DNA of 64,000 nt, taken from a virus. Of this stretch, positions 29,184 through 38,648 are shown piece after piece (position 1 is the stretch's first letter; each line of letters begins with the position of its first letter). Below the pieces are notes generated by a model. The model had not been told where the DNA came from. It searched no databases and worked only from the letters and a program-made list of their open reading frames with translations. The position numbers and the translations under genes are program-made. Location of the stretch: positions 64,001 through 128,000 of IMG/VR virus record IMGVR_UViG_3300020190_000007. One strand, given 5' to 3'.

Positions 29184-30905
29184 TTAGTAAATTACAATAT
29201 AGTTAGGGCATGGGTCAAACACAGAGTTAATTGTTACTGATACAAGATTTTCACCAGGTATTAACGAATTGATATTAACTTGTTTGTGATGCTGGTTTGT
29301 TGACATAACTGTCGTAGCGTTTGCTGTCCCACCTAAACTACCCAAAACACTAAAGTTTATTGTGACATTACATAACGCTTGTGCTGGTATTGTATGACCG
29401 CTGTCTTCCCATAAATGGAAATCTGCGTTATTATTATTCAATCTAACCCCCGTTAAGTATTGGGTTGTTATAGAAGTAGATGTCGGGGTTGGAGTGGGAG
29501 TAGGAGTCGCAGTTGGTGTAATTGAAGGAGTCGGTGTAGAGGTTGTTGTTAAAGAGGTCATACTATCAATACAATCTGTGACACACTCAGTTATATTATA
29601 ATATGGTTTAGTGGATACTAAATAATTGTGACTAACTCTAACAAAATTTAATGGTTCTTCATAGTATCTAATTCTTTTATAATTAAAACATGAAATTCCC
29701 ATATTATGTATTCCTCCCGAATATTGGGTACCACCCGCCCACGATTGAATCATAGGTTGATACCCCCTTGTTGAGGGTATAACTTCCTCCCACCCTTTTA
29801 ATTTATATATTGTTCTACCATTTAAGTAAATTTTCAAAGTACCCACTCTTCTTCCTCTTTCTAAAGCCCATTTTTTATTTAAAACTTCAATGTCTTCAAA
29901 TGTTGGGGTGGCTCCGGTTAACCAATCACTAATTGCGGTTGTAAGTGTTCGTCCAGTAATTAAATCGTTCCAACCACCATCATTTTCTATTCTACAATCT
30001 GTATAATATTTGTCTCTTTCAAAAGAAATTGTGATATTAAAATCATTTGACGTTCCGTCTGTACATAAAACAGGTGTTTGTCCTGAGGAAGTATAAAAGG
30101 TTTCGGTGAATCCGCTATTTGTTACACATATTCCCGAATATCTAATTGACCTCCATTGTATTCTACCATCATTTGTAAATGAAAATGATAAATTATTATC
30201 GGCATAATCTAATAAATCGTTCTCACCACGAACACCTAAATAATAAATAGTTCTACCGCTTATCCAATCTAAACCATTTCTATTTAGTACTAGGTCAATA
30301 GTCCAACCTTTTTCTGTTCTTCTATGTACTTTATATGAACAGTTATCAGCGCCGGCACCGTGGTTAATTTGATAAGCCCATGGTTTCGCTTCGGGTATGG
30401 AATCTTGAGGGCAACAATTATCTGTATCGGCTAATTTAGCGACACAAGCGTAAGACGCTCCCGTTATTCCTGTTGTGAAACCTGAAGTGTTGAGTGAAAA
30501 TGGGTTTGAAATTGAATTATTGTATCCGTTATTCCTCAAATAGTGAGTATTACTATAAAGTTTGTAAGAGTATACGTCGTTTTGTAAAATAATATCTGAA
30601 TTTCCTAATGTGTTGGTAAACGCCGAGTAACTTAAAGTCCAAGTTAATGCAGAATACGTGTAACCACTGTCATTCACACTATTGTTATACTCAATTAAAG
30701 ATATCGTATCTCTAACGCAATCAGTGTTTTGTAGCGATGTTGTATTAATTGTTAGTGCGGTATAAGTTATGGCGGTATTTAAATCTAAAACTAATTCATC
30801 ATAGTCGTCTTGAGTTTTTGATATTTCATAATCATAGTACTCCGATGAATCTAATTGTAAATCTAACCTACTACCATAATATTTGAGTATGTTTTGACTA
30901 TTCAT
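29184..30905 (-). CDS. Virion structural protein (LamG/concanavalin-like core, TPTP linker, C-terminal beta domain)
   Basis: GWTIDLVL, GTLKIYLNG, IRYYEEPL; Cys/Thr-rich; TATTTATA upstream. Confidence 0.55.
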   Translation of the reverse strand: MNSQNILKYYGSRLDLQLDSSEYYDYEISKTQDDYDELVLDLNTAITYTALTINTTSLQNTDCVRDTISLIEYNNSVNDSGYTYSALTWTLSYSAFTNTLGNSDIILQNDVYSYKLYSNTHYLRNNGYNNSISNPFSLNTSGFTTGITGASYACVAKLADTDNCCPQDSIPEAKPWAYQINHGAGADNCSYKVHRRTEKGWTIDLVLNRNGLDWISGRTIYYLGVRGENDLLDYADNNLSFSFTNDGRIQWRSIRYSGICVTNSGFTETFYTSSGQTPVLCTDGTSNDFNITISFERDKYYTDCRIENDGGWNDLITGRTLTTAISDWLTGATPTFEDIEVLNKKWALERGRRVGTLKIYLNGRTIYKLKGWEEVIPSTRGYQPMIQSWAGGTQYSGGIHNMGISCFNYKRIRYYEEPLNFVRVSHNYLVSTKPYYNITECVTDCIDSMTSLTTTSTPTPSITPTATPTPTPTPTSTSITTQYLTGVRLNNNNADFHLWEDSGHTIPAQALCNVTINFSVLGSLGGTANATTVMSTNQHHKQVNINSLIPGENLVSVTINSVFDPCPNYIVIY

Positions 30906-30961
30906 GCTATTCTATAAATATCTTTCCTTTCTTTTGATATTTATTATAAAAAGATTATTGC

Positions 30962-31720
30962 ATGGATAAATACATTAAAAATATTATTGAGGAAACATTT
31001 GCATCAAAAAAACAACAAAGATTCTTCTACGCAAAAGCCAATGACAAGTCAACATCAAAGAAGGAAAGAAATAAATGGTCAAAATGGGCTAAAGAATATT
31101 CTGACGATACTGACTTTAAAAAAATACCAGAAAAGGTTGAAACCGAGGTAGATGAAATTGTGGACGAAAAGGGTAATGTGGCCAGAAAAAAAATTCCTCT
31201 TACCAAAGCAACTAAAGGGGGTTCTCGTTCAATAACCGACAAAGTTGTTAAAACCAGTGCCGGTAGTATGGGTACTCACGGGGTTCACGGTACTCACACA
31301 TCCTTAAGATATTGGGCCGAATCAGACTTAAGTAAGGCTTTAGGATTTGAAAAAACTTTAGGTCAAGACGAGAATATTGAAGGGGCTTATGAATACTTTG
31401 AAGATGATTTAGGTATGAGTGATGATGAAACCGAGGAAAGATTATCTTCTTATGGTTACGATAAAAAATTAAAAGGAGATAAAGTAAGACTTATTGAAAA
31501 CCCCAAAAAATTTGTAAATGACTATGTTGAAAGTGTTTTGAATAAAAAATCAACTCATAGTGATTTAGTAAAAAAAGACCAAACAGAAGATATTGAAGTT
31601 GAATTAAGTCCAATCATAAAAAGACAAGTAATGTCTTTAAAAAATACCATGTCAAAAAACAATATATCTGTTGAAGATGTGATAAATATTCTTAAAAAAG
31701 AAGAAAATACCGGTGAATAA
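30962..31720 (+). CDS. Hypothetical (putative internal head protein)
   Basis: IIEE followed by a basic module FASKKQQRFFYAKA; late motif at 30938-30945. Confidence 0.6.
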   Translation: MDKYIKNIIEETFASKKQQRFFYAKANDKSTSKKERNKWSKWAKEYSDDTDFKKIPEKVETEVDEIVDEKGNVARKKIPLTKATKGGSRSITDKVVKTSAGSMGTHGVHGTHTSLRYWAESDLSKALGFEKTLGQDENIEGAYEYFEDDLGMSDDETEERLSSYGYDKKLKGDKVRLIENPKKFVNDYVESVLNKKSTHSDLVKKDQTEDIEVELSPIIKRQVMSLKNTMSKNNISVEDVINILKKEENTGE

Positions 31721-32210
31721 AGAATTAAAAGATAGAATTTTTGATATTCCACAAGATATTTTAGACAAGATAAACCATACAGTAATCGGTTTAAATGGTG
31801 AAAATACGCGAGGTATCGAAAGAGCTAAAAAACTTTTAATCGATAAAAAAGTAAAATATGGTCAACTGAAAAGAATTATTCACGATATCCAAAATATGGA
31901 TAAAACAAAAGATAAAACCAAGTATGACTTATGTGGTGGAGACCTAATGGAAAAATGGGCTAAACAATTTTTACAAGGAGAACGAGATTTAATAAGTGGT
32001 AGAAAAGATTCAAGAAAAAAAGCCGATGAAATCACATCAATAACAGGAGAAAGAAAAAATAGTCATCTCAAAACTCATAAAAAAAGATTTGGTTTTAAAA
32101 TTCCAACCAATTTAGTTAAAAGTAATTCTCATAAAACAAGTGTATCTCCACTCACATCAATGAAATTATTTGAAGAAATAGACAAAATAAAAAAATTAAT
32201 TAGTTATTAA
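31713..32210 (+). CDS. Hypothetical basic protein
   Basis: GTG start overlapping the upstream stop; ends LFEEIDKIKKLISY. Confidence 0.65.
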   Translation: MNKELKDRIFDIPQDILDKINHTVIGLNGENTRGIERAKKLLIDKKVKYGQLKRIIHDIQNMDKTKDKTKYDLCGGDLMEKWAKQFLQGERDLISGRKDSRKKADEITSITGERKNSHLKTHKKRFGFKIPTNLVKSNSHKTSVSPLTSMKLFEEIDKIKKLISY

Positions 32211-32211
32211 T

Positions 32212-32874
32212 ATGCCAACACAATTAGAAATAATCGGAGATAGAGAAAGAAATATTCTCATGTCTAAAAATGAGTACAATCTTGGAGATTTGTATAGTTC
32301 AAATAATACTGGAGCGCTGTCAGATGGCGATGAAAGAGGTAAAGGAGAATTAAATAATAGTATTGGTTCTAAAACAGATATTGTAGAAAGAACTTCTTTA
32401 GTTGCAAAAAATCTTTACGGCCCAACAAATGAATACAGTTCAAATAATGCCGGCGCGTTATCAGATGGCGATGAAAGAGGTAAAGGAGAGTTAAATAATA
32501 GTGTTGGTTCTAAAACAGATATTGTAGAAAGAACTTCTTTAGTTGCAAAAAATCTTTACGGCCCAACAAATGAATACAGTAGTGGTAACCCCAATGCACT
32601 ATCAGATGGCGATGAAAGAGGTAAAGGAGAATTAAATAATAGTATTGGTTCTAAAACAGATATTGTAGAAAGAAACGGTCTTTTGTCTAAAAACATTTAT
32701 AATAATTCTTTTGAATATTCTTCGGGCAACCCTAACGCCTTATCAGATGGCGACGAGAAAGGTAGAGGAGAAAACAATACGGGTGGAGTTGGTACCTTAA
32801 CAGATATTAACGAAAGAACGACTTTAGGCGCTAAAAACAAATACGGTAGTACAAAAACTTACCCCGATTTTTAA
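32212..32874 (+). CDS. Repeat protein made of about four 47-aa units
   Basis: ALSDGDERGKGELNNSIGSKTDIVER unit repeated with 141-bp period. Confidence 0.75.
   Translation: MPTQLEIIGDRERNILMSKNEYNLGDLYSSNNTGALSDGDERGKGELNNSIGSKTDIVERTSLVAKNLYGPTNEYSSNNAGALSDGDERGKGELNNSVGSKTDIVERTSLVAKNLYGPTNEYSSGNPNALSDGDERGKGELNNSIGSKTDIVERNGLLSKNIYNNSFEYSSGNPNALSDGDEKGRGENNTGGVGTLTDINERTTLGAKNKYGSTKTYPDF
32293..32860 (+). repeat. 141-bp coding tandem repeat, about 4 copies
   Basis: cagatggcgatgaaagaggtaaagga at about 32321, 32462 and 32603, with a diverged copy near 32744. Confidence 0.9.
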
Positions 32875-33728
32875 TGATAAAATTTCAATCAATATTAACA
32901 AACATTTTATCCGAAGCGCCTACAAGAAGTACACAAAAAACCCTTGAAAACGCAATCAAAAATAGAATGCCTGTGTCTTTTGATTATAGAGGACCCAAAG
33001 GAGAGGTTCAACCTGGTAGAAGAATCAAAACGGAATTAGTTGCATCGGGATTAACAAAAAAAGGAAATTTAGCGGTAAGGGGTTATGTTAAACCACCATC
33101 AGTATCTAAAAAAGGATTTAGAAAACATGGATGGAGAACATTTATTATAGATAGAATATCGTCAGGTTCAATCCAAGTTTATGAGGATGAACAATTCAAT
33201 CAGAAAAGACCCGGATATAAAGAAGGTGATGATAATAGTTTTTCTACAACATATGTTACAAGTGATTGGGGAGCAATGAAACAACCCCAACAAACAAAAC
33301 CAACACCATCACCAGAACCAAAAAGAAAAGAAGAACCCAAAAAACAAGAACTACCACAACCAAAACCAAAAGAAAAACCATCCACTGTCCCTGTTGAAAC
33401 ACCAAAAAGAGAAGTTGAGGTTTTCAATGATTTAAAAACAAAGGTTAAAGTTGTTGACAATATCAAACAAATTAGTCCTGAAGAATTTAAAACCGCCATT
33501 GAAGATTTATACAAAAAGAAAATGGACGATTGGAAAAAATCTCAAGTAGATATTGGGGGAAATTTAAACGCTGGCGAAGGTACGAGAAGAAGAATTGAAA
33601 AAGACTCGGAATTAGATTTAGATAGATTATTAAAACAAGATAACATTAAAGTTATTGAACCCCCATCAGAAGAAACTGTTGAGTTACAAGAACAATTAAA
33701 AAGAATCAAGACTTTAATTTTGTTTTAA
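32874..33728 (+). CDS. WYL-domain protein with Pro/Lys linker and helical C-terminus
   Basis: LENAIKNRMPVSFDY...GRRI..ELVASG...LAVRGY...GWRTFIIDRI is WYL-like. Confidence 0.7.
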   Translation: MIKFQSILTNILSEAPTRSTQKTLENAIKNRMPVSFDYRGPKGEVQPGRRIKTELVASGLTKKGNLAVRGYVKPPSVSKKGFRKHGWRTFIIDRISSGSIQVYEDEQFNQKRPGYKEGDDNSFSTTYVTSDWGAMKQPQQTKPTPSPEPKRKEEPKKQELPQPKPKEKPSTVPVETPKREVEVFNDLKTKVKVVDNIKQISPEEFKTAIEDLYKKKMDDWKKSQVDIGGNLNAGEGTRRRIEKDSELDLDRLLKQDNIKVIEPPSEETVELQEQLKRIKTLILF

Positions 33729-33755
33729 AAATACTTATTTTATAAAAAAATCAAT

Positions 33756-34337
33756 ATGGAAAAAACAGGACAAGGCGTAATATCACAAAATGATTTAATG
33801 CAAAGATTAGTGCAAGCCAAAAAAGTGTTGAACAAAGTTGAGACTGGTGACTTTGAAACAGGTAATGTTAATGAAGAAATACTAAGAAGTAACCCTGAAG
33901 ATATTTTATCGTCAACAACTCAAAACCTACAAGTAAGACAACCACAACAACCAAATTTACAAAAAATACAAGAATCTAAATTACCCGAAGTAATCAAAAG
34001 AGCGATGATTGAAAATCCAATACCACAAATTAGTTTATCGGATTCTTTAGATTTAAACTTTGTCGAAAAAACAAAAAAACTAATGGAATCAGAGGGTGTT
34101 GTCACAAAAAAATCTACACAACAAAGGAGTTCACAAGTAGATAGTTCAGATTTGGTTAAACAACTTACACCAATAATTGAAAACATTGTAAGAAAAACTG
34201 TAGTCGAAATAATGGATTCCAAACTTAATCAAATTTTAACAGCGCAACAAACCATGAGTATTAATGAAAATTTAGTATTAAAGGTTGGTGATTCCGTCTT
34301 TAAAGGTAAAATTACAGGGGTAAATAAATCTAAGTAA
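33756..34337 (+). CDS. Hypothetical protein
   Basis: 193-aa ORF in the operon. Confidence 0.65.
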   Translation: MEKTGQGVISQNDLMQRLVQAKKVLNKVETGDFETGNVNEEILRSNPEDILSSTTQNLQVRQPQQPNLQKIQESKLPEVIKRAMIENPIPQISLSDSLDLNFVEKTKKLMESEGVVTKKSTQQRSSQVDSSDLVKQLTPIIENIVRKTVVEIMDSKLNQILTAQQTMSINENLVLKVGDSVFKGKITGVNKSK

Positions 34338-34389
34338 GTTTGACTTTTTCAATTTCTTTTCTTATAATTTATAAAAAGAAAAGATTTGA

Positions 34390-35610
34390 ATGTCAAAAAT
34401 TAAAATTTTAGCAATACCCCCCGATACACATGGTGTAGGTAAATATAGAATATTAGACCCATATAAATTTATTGGAGACCATTATAGTGACGAATTTCAT
34501 GTCGACATTACATTCTCTGCTGAAAACAACGATAATTTCTTTAAGAACTACGATATTGTGGTCTTCCACAGTTTTATCCATCAAACGAGTCACGAAGAAA
34601 ATATTTCAAGAATTAAGTGGTTAAAATCTCAGGGTATTAAAACCGTAATGGATATTGATGACCATTGGTCTCCCGACCACAGACACCCAATGTATTTTCA
34701 CATTAGAGAAAGTGAGCTACCAAAGAAAAAAGCTGACATGATGAAAGAGTCGGACTACGTTACGTGTACGACTGAATATTTTGCCGATACTTTAAGAAAA
34801 AGATTAAATTTAAAAAATGTTTTAGTATTCCCTAACGCAATCGACCCAAATGAGAGCCAATTTAAACCTAAACCCACACAATCAGATAGACTTAGATTTG
34901 GGTGGCTTGGAGGTTCAACCCACTTACATGATTTAGAACAAATTAGAGGTGGAATTTCAATGATTAATAATGAATACGATAATATTCAATTTGTCTTGTG
35001 TGGTTACGATTTAAGGGGTTCTATTACTGAGGTAAATCAACAAACAGGTGAAAAAAAAACACGACAAATTCAACCCACGGAAACGGTTTGGTACAAATAC
35101 GAACAAATATTTACGGACAATTACAAAACAATTGACTCTGAGTATAAATCATATTTAATGAATTTTACACAAACACCAGAAATTGACGATAGTGATAAAA
35201 AATATAGAAGAGTTTGGACACAACCAATTGGAAAATATGGTTATAATTATAACTTATTTGATGTATCTTTAGCACCAATTATACCCTCACAATTCAACTC
35301 CTGTAAATCACAGTTAAAAATAATCGAGGCGGGTTTCCATAAAAAACCTATTATTGCAAGTGAAACATTGCCCTATACGATTGATTTAAAAACAGCATAC
35401 AAAGAAGGTAAGTTGTTAGATAACGGTAACGCTTTATTAGTACATGAAAACAAAAACCATAAACTGTGGTCAAAGTATATGAAATTATTAATAAATAATC
35501 CAAATATGGTTGAAGATTTGGGTAATAGATTATACGAGACAGTGAAAGACAAATACTCTTTAGTAACAGTTTCAAAAAACAGAACAGAATTTTTCAAATC
35601 AATAATTTAA
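34390..35610 (+). CDS. Glycosyltransferase, GT-B fold (GT4-like)
   Basis: GVGKYRI, MDIDDHW, VFPNAID, FGWLGGSTHLHDL, DVSLAP..FNSCKSQLKIIEAG. Confidence 0.85.
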   Translation: MSKIKILAIPPDTHGVGKYRILDPYKFIGDHYSDEFHVDITFSAENNDNFFKNYDIVVFHSFIHQTSHEENISRIKWLKSQGIKTVMDIDDHWSPDHRHPMYFHIRESELPKKKADMMKESDYVTCTTEYFADTLRKRLNLKNVLVFPNAIDPNESQFKPKPTQSDRLRFGWLGGSTHLHDLEQIRGGISMINNEYDNIQFVLCGYDLRGSITEVNQQTGEKKTRQIQPTETVWYKYEQIFTDNYKTIDSEYKSYLMNFTQTPEIDDSDKKYRRVWTQPIGKYGYNYNLFDVSLAPIIPSQFNSCKSQLKIIEAGFHKKPIIASETLPYTIDLKTAYKEGKLLDNGNALLVHENKNHKLWSKYMKLLINNPNMVEDLGNRLYETVKDKYSLVTVSKNRTEFFKSII

Positions 35611-35622
35611 AAACAAAAAACC

Positions 35623-35856
35623 ATGCATTATTTAGTAACAGTAGGTTATGAAACCGAAAATTTAGACAGAAACGGTAATTCAAGATTGCAAAAAGTTAAG
35701 TACATTGTAGAAGCTGAGTCGGTTGAAGAAGCAACTTTGGTTGTTTCAAAGTACAGAGCCGGAGACACGAGGTCTTCAGAAAGTTTGGCGATTGTAAAGA
35801 TGCCAATCGAATGTATTATTGACCCACAAAATACTCCTGAGTACTTTAAAAAATAA
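35623..35856 (+). CDS. DUF4494-like small protein
   Basis: VTVGYE...NGNSRLQKVKYIVEAESVEEA resembles the Bacteroidota DUF4494 N-terminus. Confidence 0.5.
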   Translation: MHYLVTVGYETENLDRNGNSRLQKVKYIVEAESVEEATLVVSKYRAGDTRSSESLAIVKMPIECIIDPQNTPEYFKK

Positions 35857-35861
35857 TTAAA

Positions 35862-36428
35862 ATGTTAACCGCAGAGCAAATAGAGTCAAACAAGAAAAAG
35901 TTTCTTGAAACAAACTCGAAATATAAAATTTTTACAGAAGAGTTGTTAGACTTTTTGGGTAATGACTTTTTTTTAGCACCAGCTTCCACATCTTTAGACA
36001 TGTATGGGTGTTTTCCAGGTGGATTATTGGGTCATTGTTTTAAAGCCGCGAAGTATTCGGTTAAAACCAATGAACTACTCCCTGAAACAATGAGGGTAGA
36101 AACGTCTTCTATTTTGAAGTGTATATTTTTATCACAGATTGGTAAAACTTTTATGTTTAAACCAAACCCAAGTGAATGGCATAGAAAAAACCTTGGTAAA
36201 ATGTACGAATTCAACGAACAGGAAGTTTCAATGAAATCAGGTGAAAGGGCAATATATTATGCGGTAAACAACGGGGTAAAATTATCAGAAGACGAATTCC
36301 AATCAATCATGAACTCGGATAAAGAATCGGATGATAAAATGGCTAAGTATCGTTCTGGTACTTTATCTAATGTAATAAGAGTCGGTTTTGAACTATCAAT
36401 ATTAGAAGAAAAAAATGGACAAAAATGA
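35862..36428 (+). CDS. HD-domain-like protein with degenerate metal ligands
   Basis: APAS....GGLLGH...LSQIGK, where LHDxGK is expected. Confidence 0.6.
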   Translation: MLTAEQIESNKKKFLETNSKYKIFTEELLDFLGNDFFLAPASTSLDMYGCFPGGLLGHCFKAAKYSVKTNELLPETMRVETSSILKCIFLSQIGKTFMFKPNPSEWHRKNLGKMYEFNEQEVSMKSGERAIYYAVNNGVKLSEDEFQSIMNSDKESDDKMAKYRSGTLSNVIRVGFELSILEEKNGQK

Positions 36429-37014
36429 AATTGAGTCGTATATTAAACGACTCCAAGAATTAGAAAAAGAAATCCTTAACGATAACTCCGATGATACGTC
36501 AATTATGGGAGACTTAAATAATTTGTTATTTAGTCTTGGTGATGATATCAAAAATCAAGTTGAGGAACAAGTTAATCGATTTGAAGTAAAAGTTAAAAAA
36601 TTACATCCTGACGCAGTGATTCCCAAATACGCAAAAGATGGAGACGCGGGAATGGATTTAGTTGCAACATCAATCTTATCGGAAACCACAACTCATGTTA
36701 CTTATGGTACAGGAATCTCTATTGAAATTCCAAAAGGTTTTGTTGGGTTAATATTTCCTCGCTCATCTATTAGAAAATATGATTTATCATTAACAAATTG
36801 TGTCGGTGTAGTTGATAGTGGATATAGGGGGGAATTACAAGCAACATTCAAAAAATCTAATTGGTTAAAAGGAAATGAATCTGAAAAATATCAAATCGGT
36901 GATAGGATTGTTCAAATAATGATAATTCCATATCCTTCAGTCACTTTTGTTTGGGTAGACGAATTATCTCAAACAGACAGGGGGGAAGGGGGGTTTGGTT
37001 CTACGGGTTCATAA
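36415..37014 (+). CDS. dut: Trimeric dUTPase with an N-terminal acidic extension
   Basis: AGMDL, PRSS, GVVDSGYRGE, DRIVQ, RGEGGFGSTG. Confidence 0.95.
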   Translation: MDKNEIESYIKRLQELEKEILNDNSDDTSIMGDLNNLLFSLGDDIKNQVEEQVNRFEVKVKKLHPDAVIPKYAKDGDAGMDLVATSILSETTTHVTYGTGISIEIPKGFVGLIFPRSSIRKYDLSLTNCVGVVDSGYRGELQATFKKSNWLKGNESEKYQIGDRIVQIMIIPYPSVTFVWVDELSQTDRGEGGFGSTGS

Positions 37015-37037
37015 TAATTTTATTAAAAAAAACTGAA

Positions 37038-37754
37038 TTGAGAAAATCAACAATAAAAACCGTAAATGTAGTGGAAGATAAAAAAACATCTAAAAAAGAT
37101 AGAATTAGGCAAATTATAAAACAACCTAAAGAAAAATTTCTTAACAAAAATCAAGAAAATTATTGGAAAACTTTAGGTGAAAATGAAATAACATTTTGTT
37201 TTGGACCCGCCGGTGTTGGTAAATCTTATATTGCAATGAAAAGGGCTGTTGATTTACTTTGGGACGAAAATAATAAATATGAAAAAATTATTATCGTTAG
37301 GCCAGCGGTCGAAGCGGAGGAAAAATTAGGTTCACTACCCGGTGGATTAGAAGAAAAACTAGACCCATACATCTATCCTTCATACTATTTACTAAATAAA
37401 ATAATAGGTAAAGAGGCAAGAGAAAAATTAAAAGATGAAGGGTTTATTGAAATTGCCGCATTGGCTTATATGAGAGGATGGAATGTTGACAATACAATTT
37501 TAGTCTTCGAAGAGGCTCAAAACACAACCCCGTCCCAAATGAAACTTTTATTGACCCGTATTGGGTTTAATTCAAAATTTTTTATTTCGGGAGATTTAGA
37601 ACAATCAGACAAATTTAAAGACAAAACAAAAACCGGATTATACGACGCAAAAGTAAGACTTGGTGATTTAAAAAACATCGGTGTATTTGAATTTAGTAAT
37701 GAGGATATTGTTAGAAATCCAATTATTACTCAAATCTTAAAAATGTACGATTAA
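37038..37754 (+). CDS. phoH: PhoH-family ATPase
   Basis: GPAGVGKS, RPAVE..EKLGSLPG, AYMRG, EEAQN, GDLEQSD, DIVRN; probable TTG start near 37038. Confidence 0.93.
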   Translation: MRKSTIKTVNVVEDKKTSKKDRIRQIIKQPKEKFLNKNQENYWKTLGENEITFCFGPAGVGKSYIAMKRAVDLLWDENNKYEKIIIVRPAVEAEEKLGSLPGGLEEKLDPYIYPSYYLLNKIIGKEAREKLKDEGFIEIAALAYMRGWNVDNTILVFEEAQNTTPSQMKLLLTRIGFNSKFFISGDLEQSDKFKDKTKTGLYDAKVRLGDLKNIGVFEFSNEDIVRNPIITQILKMYD

Positions 37755-37791
37755 ACTTTACTTATAAAATTTTATAAATTATATTTCCTAT

Positions 37792-38472
37792 ATGGAAATA
37801 TTTGTTGGTATTGATGGTGTTTTAAGAAATACAATACAGAAATTTGATTACCATTATAGAGATTATTTTTTAAACACCGAAACATGTGAGGAAGAAAAGT
37901 TTGATTATGGTGTAAATGGTGTGCCAATATCTATTGAAAATTTGTTAAGTACCTACAATTTTCAATCAATCGATGAATTTAATAAATTTTTATATTTTGA
38001 TTTCCCAATTGAAATATATGGACACGCCGGTTTGAGTTATAATCAAGCAGCCACTGAATTAAACAAATTAATTTTTGAAAATAAAAACCACAAAATAACC
38101 TTAGTTGGTTTAAGCGAAAAGGGTAAAGCAAAACCCGCCACACTCTTTTTTCTTTCAAAAAATGGTATTATATGTGATAATATCATTTTTTCAACGACTG
38201 GAGAAATAAAAAAATTATGGAAAAAATGTGATTTATGGATAACGGATGATATAAATGTTGTTTCACAATGTCCAATACACAAAAAAGTTATAAAATTTAA
38301 TACCTTTTATAATAATAACTTTACAAATAAACTACAAATAAATAAATTATCAGAAATAAATAAAACATGGTTGAAATTTTCGGTAAAAACTATTATATCG
38401 ATGTTGATAGAATCAGTGACAAATGTCAAACGGGTAATCAAATTCAAAATGAGGACGGAATCACAACATTAG
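37792..38472 (+). CDS. HAD-superfamily 5'(3')-nucleotidase-like protein with altered motif I
   Basis: VGIDGVLRN in place of DxDGVL; WITDD. Confidence 0.6.
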   Translation: MEIFVGIDGVLRNTIQKFDYHYRDYFLNTETCEEEKFDYGVNGVPISIENLLSTYNFQSIDEFNKFLYFDFPIEIYGHAGLSYNQAATELNKLIFENKNHKITLVGLSEKGKAKPATLFFLSKNGIICDNIIFSTTGEIKKLWKKCDLWITDDINVVSQCPIHKKVIKFNTFYNNNFTNKLQINKLSEINKTWLKFSVKTIISMLIESVTNVKRVIKFKMRTESQH

Positions 38473-38648
38473 AAATAAACCTATTTAAATATGAGATTAT
38501 TAAAAGTTGTATTGAGAGAATACTAAATGAGTTTGATGAAGTAGATGAAGAATTGGGTGAATTTGGCCAAAGTAGTTTATCAACATCTTTTAAAATTGCT
38601 TTTAATACTCTAATAAAATATGACATACTAATATCAGAAGATGAATAA
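38367..38648 (+). CDS. Hypothetical acidic protein
   Basis: 93-aa ORF whose stop overlaps the next gene's start region. Confidence 0.65.
   Translation: MVEIFGKNYYIDVDRISDKCQTGNQIQNEDGITTLEINLFKYEIIKSCIERILNEFDEVDEELGEFGQSSLSTSFKIAFNTLIKYDILISEDE

Noticed and set aside
32293-32860. 141-bp repeats as CRISPR or DGR template/variable repeats
   Set aside because: In-frame coding tandem repeats with no unique spacers, and no reverse transcriptase in the window
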